DNA from: the human T2T-CHM13v2.0 reference genome, Homo sapiens
Assembly: GCF_009914755.1 (NCBI RefSeq)
Contig: NC_060935.1
DNA: 64,000 bases
Strand: one strand, 5' to 3'
A program made the position numbers and the translations under genes. This document shows positions 56,720 to 64,000 of this stretch, piece after piece. Positions within the stretch are counted from its first letter, which is position 1. Each line of letters opens with the position of its first letter. The notes under the pieces are model-generated. The model was not told the DNA's origin. It ran no database searches and saw nothing but the letters and a program-made list of their open reading frames with translations.

Positions 56720-57174
56720 TGCTATATGGAGGGGACAGTAGCATCCCAAACCTAGTTGAGAAAGAAGATGAAAAAAAAACATTCAATAAGAACTTAGGCA
56801 AACTTACAAATATAGATGACATACTTTCCACTTAATGACCTGGATAGCGCCTGTTCTCTCTTTTTTTTTTTTTTCCACTTTCTGAGGCCATTTGACTATG
56901 CCCAGAATCTGGAACAATCCTTCACAGTACAGATCATGTTTGCAAAGAGTTAGTTGGGGTACGACAGCTAAAAATCACATCTAAATATTATTAAATCTTA
57001 TTTGATGGATATCTTAATAAAAGACTGAGCGCATAACTGGTTCTATCCTGTCTGAAAACACTATCCAGTGCCCCAATTTTCCCAAGATTGGTACTAAATC
57101 AGACCTTCTGTGACTTAATTCCTGCTGTGATGTTATGTCCTAGTTTTGATAATTGCACACACTCCCTAGTTTCT

Positions 57175-57940
57175 GTTCATTCACTTAATAATTACTTATT
57201 GAATACCTAATATATTTCCAGAATAGTTATTAGATATTTTGATACAGAGATAAATAAAAATAGCCATGGTGCTTGTGACCTAGTTGGAAGAAACTTATAT
57301 TTACACTCTATATTTAAATAGAGTACTGTTGGAGCACAGAGAAGGAGCCAGTTAAGGCTGGTTCAAGGAGTCAGGAATGGTTTCTCAAGCAAGAGAAACC
57401 TGGGTTATGTCTTGAAATAAGAAACCATGGTTTGATGTGCTTAGAAAGACAAGAGAGGAGGCCGGGCATGGTGGTTCACACCTGTAATCCCAGCACTTTG
57501 GGAGGCTGAGTGGGGTGGATCAGGAGACTGAGACCATCCTGGCCAACATGGTGAAATCCCGTCTCTACTAAAACACAAAAAAATTAGCCGGGCGTGGTGT
57601 CAGGTGCCTGTAGTCCAAGCTACTCAGGAGGCTGAGGCAGGATAATTGCTTGAACCTGGGAGGCAGAGGTTTCAGTGAGCTGAGATCGCACTACTGCACT
57701 CCAGCCTGGCAACAGAGTGAGACTCATCTCAAAAAAACAACAAAAGAAAGATAAGAGAGGAAATGGCATGTGTATAAGCATTGGAAAGCAAAAGTTAGTC
57801 TGGAGTGCATGTTGTTTATGATTGCTGAGGCGGGATTGTGGCATGGTAATGACAAGCAACCTCTCTCTAGAGATAGGCTGGGGCCAGATTGTGAAGGGTC
57901 TTTGATGACATGCCGGAGTTCAGTGTTCGAACTGAAGGTT
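57175..57940 (-). mobile_element. L2 LINE fragment interrupted by an Alu
   Basis: ttcattcacttaataattacttattgaatacc...ggagcacagagaagg...tggggccagattgtgaagggtc. Confidence 0.7.
57460..57744 (+). mobile_element. AluSc-like with a small internal deletion
   Basis: TSD AGAAAGA(C/T)AAGAGAGGA (57443-57459 / 57745-57761). Confidence 0.93.
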
Positions 57941-57944
57941 GGTG

Positions 57945-58112
57945 ATACCAAGCAAGCAGTATATCAGAATTACCTCAGGAAATGTGTTCAAATACAGATT
58001 CCTGATCTCACCACAGATAATTGAGTTAATATTTCTGGGGATGCACCCAGAAACACTATTTTTAAGGAGCTCCCTGATGATACTAATCTGCAGCTGGGTT
58101 TTGGAACCACTT
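57945..58112. mobile_element. MER5A/B hAT-Charlie element
   Basis: atcagaattacctcagg...aaatacagattcctg...gctccctgatgatactaat...tttggaaccact. Confidence 0.75.
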
Positions 58113-59495
58113 GGGGAGGCAATGTTGTATCCATAATCTAACTCTGTCAAGGTTGAGGTCTTGGCTTGCTGTCAGCAGTTCCCCCCAGAGAATGATATTC
58201 TGCTTCTGAACACCAGCCCTACCACTAAAATGCTATCTATCCAAGTTGTCCTCCAAGGCCACACAGGTATGTAGAAAACAAGTGGAAAGCAGAATCCAGC
58301 ACTCCTGGAATCCAGTCTATATTTTTCTGTTTTCCTTTTCCTTGTGTAGGTGGTGTGAGCAACATATAGTTTGCCAAAGAGGACAATAATCAGATCATTT
58401 TAATGTATATAGGCAATTTATTGCCCCAGAGACAGGATGGATCCAGGGACAAGATGGATCTGTCAGTAACAGACATCCTAGAAAATGAAATATTCATTCC
58501 TTTCTAATATGTTTCTTTTTGTAATCTCATTGTTTATCTCAGCATGGTTTTTTCCACTGAGAGCTGAAAGTCCCTTGAGAGCACAAATGTTACATTTATT
58601 ATTTTAGTATATCAGCTTTCAACACATAGCCAAATACCTAGTATATACTGAGAAAATGCTTATTGATTTAATGAATGAACCAGTTCCAATAATTGTAGTC
58701 ACTTATTAATGCTGTTTAATAGTTTGTTTTCTGTCACTTGCCTGCCTACCCTATCCCCACTTGGCTTGTGAGATCCTCAAGGGAAGGAGCTAGTTTCCAG
58801 CCCAGAGTTTGAGATGGAGTAGGCACATGGTAGATGCATGTTAAACAAATCAATAACGTAATGCAAAGAGTCTTTCATCTTTGTTTAAATGAGAAGTCAA
58901 ATTAAGCCAGGGATTCTTCCTTGTTCAATTCTTCCCTCCTCACCTAGAGAGACTGTAGGCGGAGACACGATTTAAACACCAGAAAACTTTGACTTTTTCT
59001 TCACAACCTTTCCTCTAATTAAGAAGTTGAAGTTTTTATAAGCTAGGCTTGCCCTATGGGAATCCTGAAAAGGTCTAGAAGGAGTGCCAAGTGAGTAGGT
59101 AGGTGTCTTCTTTGAGAGATGTGTGGAACAAGAAGAGGTAGGGAGTGATGCAGAAGTCATGATGAACATAGAACTTTCCTGGGCTAAAGCAGGCACTCAT
59201 CTCTGGCATATTCAGTGTAGATTATTTCAAATAACATTGACAAGCCTCAGCCATCTGGGAATAATTTGGCCATGCCTTACTTCCCTGACCTTTTTAAGCT
59301 CCAGGTACTCCTTTGACCGTAACTGTCAAACTTTGACAGCTTGAGTAAGGATGAGAAAATGGCTCCTCTCAAAGAATATAACAGCACCCTTTTAAAAACA
59401 GCCTCATCTATTCACAGGCATTCCCCCAGCTTCAGAGGCCTTTATTCTCACAGATGTGCAGAGACTCTAAGAGTGGTATTAGGGTCATTGGATGG

Positions 59496-59874
59496 TGTCT
59501 CAGTCAGCTCAGGCTGCTATAACAAAACATCAAAGACTGAGTGGCTTAAACAGTACATATTTACTTCTCATAGTTCTGGAGGCTGGACACTCAAGTTCAA
59601 GGTGCCAGCAGATTTGGTTATTGGTGAGCGCCCTCTTTCTGGCTTGCTGACGGACACTTTCTTGCTTTACCCTCACATAGTGGAGAGGGAGTGACAGAGA
59701 ACTCTCATCTTTCCTTCCCCTTATAAAAAACTAATCCTGTCTTGGAGCCCCATTCTCATAATCTCATCTAAACCTAATTACTTCCCCAGAGCCTCACCTC
59801 CAAATACCATCACAATAGGGGATTAGGGTTTCAACATATAAAGTAGGGGATTGAATAACATTCAGTACTGAACA
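59496..59874 (-). mobile_element. MLT1A0-like MaLR solo LTR
   Basis: tgtctcagtcagctcaggctgctataacaaa...ctaaacctaattac...ctccaaataccatcaca...aaca; perfect TSD GATGG (59491-59495 / 59875-59879). Confidence 0.9.
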
Positions 59875-60157
59875 GATGGAATTGAGAAGGAGGAGACAAT
59901 AAAGAATAGCTAAGGAGATCTAGCTAAAAGAATATAAGTGTATGGGATATCTTTCTGTCCAAAGTAAATAATTACATACATATTAAGGTGTATGTCTTAT
60001 TTGTTATATTTCTAACATGAAACATTATTTGCCTGAGAAATGCTACTTTAGTCATTCATTCACACATCCATGAAATATTTATTCAGTACCTTCTAGATGC
60101 TACAGTGAAAAAGACAACAAGCCATATCTCTAAAATTTTGACTATTATATTCCAAAT

Positions 60158-60464
60158 TAGGTGTCCCCAAGCCCCCTGTTAGGAACCAGGCAGCCCAGCA
60201 GGAGGTGAGTGGTAGGCAAGCGAGCATTACCACCTGAGTTCTGCCTGCTGTCAGATCAACAGCAGCATTAGATTTTCATAGGAGCATGAACCCTATTGTG
60301 AACTGAGCATGCAAGGGATCTAGGTTGTGTGCTCCTTATGAGAATCTTATGCCTGATGATCTGAAGTGGAACAGTTTCATCCCGAAATTATCCCCACCCT
60401 AGTCTGTAGAAAAATTATCTTCCACGAACCTGGTTCCTGGCGCCAAAAAGTTTGGGGACCGCTG
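60158..60464 (+). mobile_element. MER1B hAT-Charlie element (about 30-bp deletion near the left end), inserted in L2
   Basis: aggaaccagg...tcataggagcatgaaccctattgtgaactg...ctccttatgagaatc...tttggggaccgctg; TSD-like TTCCAAAT / ATCTAAAT. Confidence 0.9.
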
Positions 60465-60672
60465 ATCTAAATGACAGGTGATTGTGGCAAGGACCAACTA
60501 ACCAGATAGTAACTAAGATTGTATGGGACAGCATAGGAGGACACTCAGATAATGAAATGCTTCAAGATGTAGCAAGAGCCATGGTTGGGGTCAGTACTCA
60601 GAGAATCTTCATAGATGAAATGACCCCTCTGCTAAAACATGAAGAACAGGTGCAACTTTCACAGTTGGACAA

Positions 60673-60970
60673 TTTTTTTTTTTTTTTTTTTGAGATGGAA
60701 TCTCACTCTGTCATCCAGGCTGGAGTGCAGTGGTGTGATCTCAGCTCACTGTAACCTCTGCCTCCTGGGTTCAAGCAATTCTCTGTCTCACCCTCCTGAG
60801 TCGCTGGGATTATAGGTGCCTGCCACCACGCCCAGCTAATTTTTGTATTTTTAGTAGAGATGGGGTTTCACCATCTTGGCCAGGCTGGTCTTGAACTCCT
60901 GACCTCATGATCCACCTACCTCAGCCTCCCAAAGTGCTGCGATTACAGGCATGAGCCACCGTGCCTAACC
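60673..60970 (-). mobile_element. AluS (Sg-like)
   Basis: Full antisense dimer with poly(T). Confidence 0.93.
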
Positions 60971-62839
60971 CATAAATATTTTATGAATCAGTATGTATGA
61001 AAGTCTAGAGATTTGGGAGCCCATAGTCTTCCTTGAATTGAAAATAGCCAGTACTGCTATAGCAATGAGTGGTAGAATATGTATATGACAGGGAGGAGTG
61101 GAAAGAAGACAGAATAGAGAGGATGGAGAAGAGAGAGTTGGGACTAGAGCCAGAACATGAAGGGACCTGCATATAGTATGGAGTAAGGACTTTATCTTGA
61201 GAGCACTGGGCTTTGTTGAATGATTGTAGTCACCTGAGTGATGTGATCATATTTGAGCTTTATAGGCATTCTGATAGCACTGTGTAGGGTGGATGACAAA
61301 CAGGAGGTCTAGAGATAAGTTTCATTGGCCCAAATGAGAAACAGTGGCTTGAATGGCATTGGTTCAGAGTGATGGGCAGAACTGGTACACTTGACTTATA
61401 TTCAGGCAGTAGAATCCATAGGACTGAATGATCGGTGTTGGAAAACAAATGAGAGAAATCTAGGATGCTTTTCAAGATAACGGCTTCTTTTGTACTCAGG
61501 AAATTTGTTGAATCAGCACAGAAAGTCTCCCATTCACTTCTAGGTTAGAGCTTCATGGACCGCAGGTAGGGATCAATAACTAGTGTCCAAACCACACTTC
61601 AAGTATACCTACATATTGATTTTTGAAATTGTTTTACATATCAAGATGAGGGGTACAAAAAGATGGCAATTTTACAATTATTTTACTGACTTTAAAAACT
61701 CCCCCCAAAAAATAATTACTTCAAGTATTATTCAGGAATTAATAATATTAAAGAGAGTTATATACACGAAGGGAACAAAACTTATTGTTGCAAACATCAT
61801 TATCCTGAATGAACTGGTGAGAGGTATATCACTCCTTCAAGAAGATATACTTTTTAAGAATCTATTCTTCTTGGGATGTGTTTTCTCTTAAAAGAGCTCT
61901 ACATACCTAGAATACATCTCAGAAACACCAAAGGGGGATAACAAACACAATTTGCAGACTCCATAGTTTTACCAAGTTTTGTTTTCTTTTGTTTTGCATA
62001 GAAACAACCAAAGTAAATGTTAAACTTATTTTGGTTAAAACTGAGGAGTTTTTTTTTTTTTTTGGACTGAGATAGCCTTACAACGCTATGAATTCAATCC
62101 TAACTCTCATCATATGTGATTTTGCACAAAGTCACTTTCATTGTGGGATGCTCTTCCTTCTCTGAAACATGAGTATTGCAGGTTGTACTAGGCATTGGAT
62201 TAAACAAACTACATGAAGATACTTTAAACTACAATCAAAATGTATAGTGTTCCTATTTTCCATTGTGAATAGAGGTCAGAATCGGAACATTTGAAAAGCA
62301 ATGAAAATGAGCAAAAATTTATCTGTGGACACGGAGGAATAGATAAGAAGCCACAGTATTTCTTTTCCCTTCCAAGTTAGGAAGGCTGCCATTGCCTCCA
62401 TGGTCCTGAGCACATTAAGGTCATCTGTTGGGAAGAGCAGCGGTATGAAATTTTAGAAAGCATCTGTTTTGGTGCAGAGTATTTCACTGTAAAAAGCAGC
62501 ATGAGCTATCTTAAGAAAAGCCTTTTTGAATGTGTTTAAAGTCTCCTAAATTTCCTGCATATAAATGTTGAATACCTCCAGCATGTCAATCAATCTTGTT
62601 TTCCAGTTAACTTAGAATAAAATGATAATGAACTTGCATTTAGCCAGCGCCTTTCACAGAGTGAGCATAATTAGACTTGGAAAAGATCTATTAGGATATC
62701 AAACTTCATCTCTCTGCCCAGAGAGAACTATTCCTCCTGAGAGCTCCCTATTACTGTGTCGTGACTTGTTTTTAAAGTCTCAAGGGAAGAAATATTTACT
62801 ACATTCTTGGATTATTTAATTACAGGCTTAAGGCAAAGT

Positions 62840-63060
62840 AACACCAGTCTAATAATCAGGAAACATGGATTTGATTCTTGATTTTGTCATTTATTTGTTT
62901 GTGACTTTGACCCAGACACTAGTCTCTCTAAGTCTTAATGTACAAAATGGTGTCAAAATTTTCTATATCACAGGGTTGTGGTTAAATCAAGAGAGAAAAT
63001 ACATGTAAAAGGACAGATAGAGAGCTTGGAACATTAGAGTCACCTGATAAATAAGATTTC
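62840..63060 (+). mobile_element. MIR SINE
   Basis: aatcaggaaacatggatttgattc...tgtgactttgac...cacagggttgtgg. Confidence 0.65.
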
Positions 63061-63201
63061 TCTCTTTGGCAATTTCCTCTACTAACCATTCCCACACCTA
63101 TTCCTCCCATATCCCCTCCTCCCTCCTATACTTTTCCTCAGTTAAGTATACTTTCTGAAAATGGTGAAGGATCTTGTTGCTTTTCTTCTTTCTAGTTTCC
63201 A

Positions 63202-63701
63202 TGTATTTTCTAGCGCTGCCATAACAAAGTACCACAAACTGGGTGGCTTAAAACAAGAGATATTCAATCCTTGGCAGTTCTGGAAGCTGGAAGTCTGAAA
63301 TTAAGGTTTCAGTGGGGCAATGCTCCTTCTGAAGGCTCTAGTGGGAAATCTGCCCTTGGCACTTCCTAGCTTCTGATGGCTCTCAGAAATCTTTTGCATC
63401 CCTCGTCTTGTGTCTTTTTCCCTCCCATCTCCAGCTCCACCTTCACATGGCCTTCTTCCCTGCATATGTGTGTATGTATGTACGTATGTATGTATGTATG
63501 TATGTGTGTGTGTGTGTATGTCTCCATGTGTTCTCCCCTCCCCTTACGAGGAAACTAGTCAACAGATTTCATCCTCATCCAAAACCAGTATGGCCTCATC
63601 TTACCTAATTACATCTGCAAACATCCTATTTTCAAGTAAGGCCCTGTTATGAGGTTCTGGGTGGACATGAACTTTAGGAGCAACACCATCTATCCTGTGT
63701 A
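63202..63701 (-). mobile_element. MLT1C-like MaLR solo LTR containing a (TATG)n(TG)n microsatellite (about 63467-63520)
   Basis: gctgccataacaaagtaccacaaactgggtggcttaaaacaa...aattacatctgcaaa...gaggttctgggtggacatgaa. Confidence 0.85.
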
Positions 63702-64000
63702 TCCTCAGCAGACCTGCCAATATCCTTGTCTTACTGCAAGATGTAAAGCAGACTCTAAAAAGATCTACCTCTGCTGCTGTGGATATGATCAATAATCAAA
63801 CTTCCTCCTTTTACTCAACTTTCATTGCTTTCCCAAATATTTTTGCATTAGTTTCATCAGCGAAAACAAAAATTATTACCACTCTGCCCCAGTTGTCTTT
63901 ATGTTTCTCTGAAGATTCTGAAGATCCTGCATGCTTGGAGAAAGAAGAAAGGACAGATGAGAGATTTCAAAGACAGAGGGAAGGCTCTGAGTGTGTGAAC

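Overview
AT-rich primate (very likely human) intergenic or deep-intronic DNA, dominated by interspersed repeats: 17 Alus, many MIR and L2 fragments, several L1 pieces, solo LTRs (THE1, MLT1A0 x2, LTR33, LTR16A, MSTC, LTR2/HERV-E, MLT1C) and hAT DNA-transposon fossils (MER53, MER5, MER102, MER58A, MER103, MER20, MER1B). I find no intact protein-coding gene. Nearly all listed ORFs are chance or repeat-derived. The only gene-derived feature is a full-length, disabled processed pseudogene of ARL6IP1 on the minus strand (48506-50814, with poly(A) remnant and a 16-bp TSD). The most interesting observations are: (1) a well-preserved HERV-E LTR2 solo LTR, co-oriented about 205 bp upstream of that retrocopy, which is a candidate captured promoter with an HRE-core motif; (2) a near-orphan L1 3' transduction at 28372-28603; (3) a 75-bp local copy of the left end of a MER1B, 3.5 kb from its donor and sharing the donor's private deletion; (4) two L1s with 5' inversions in old subfamilies; (5) close inverted Alu pairs and several micro-rearrangements. 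Repeat subfamily names come from recalled consensus sequences compared by eye and need RepeatMasker/Dfam confirmation. There is no expression evidence in the sequence, so functional claims are inference.
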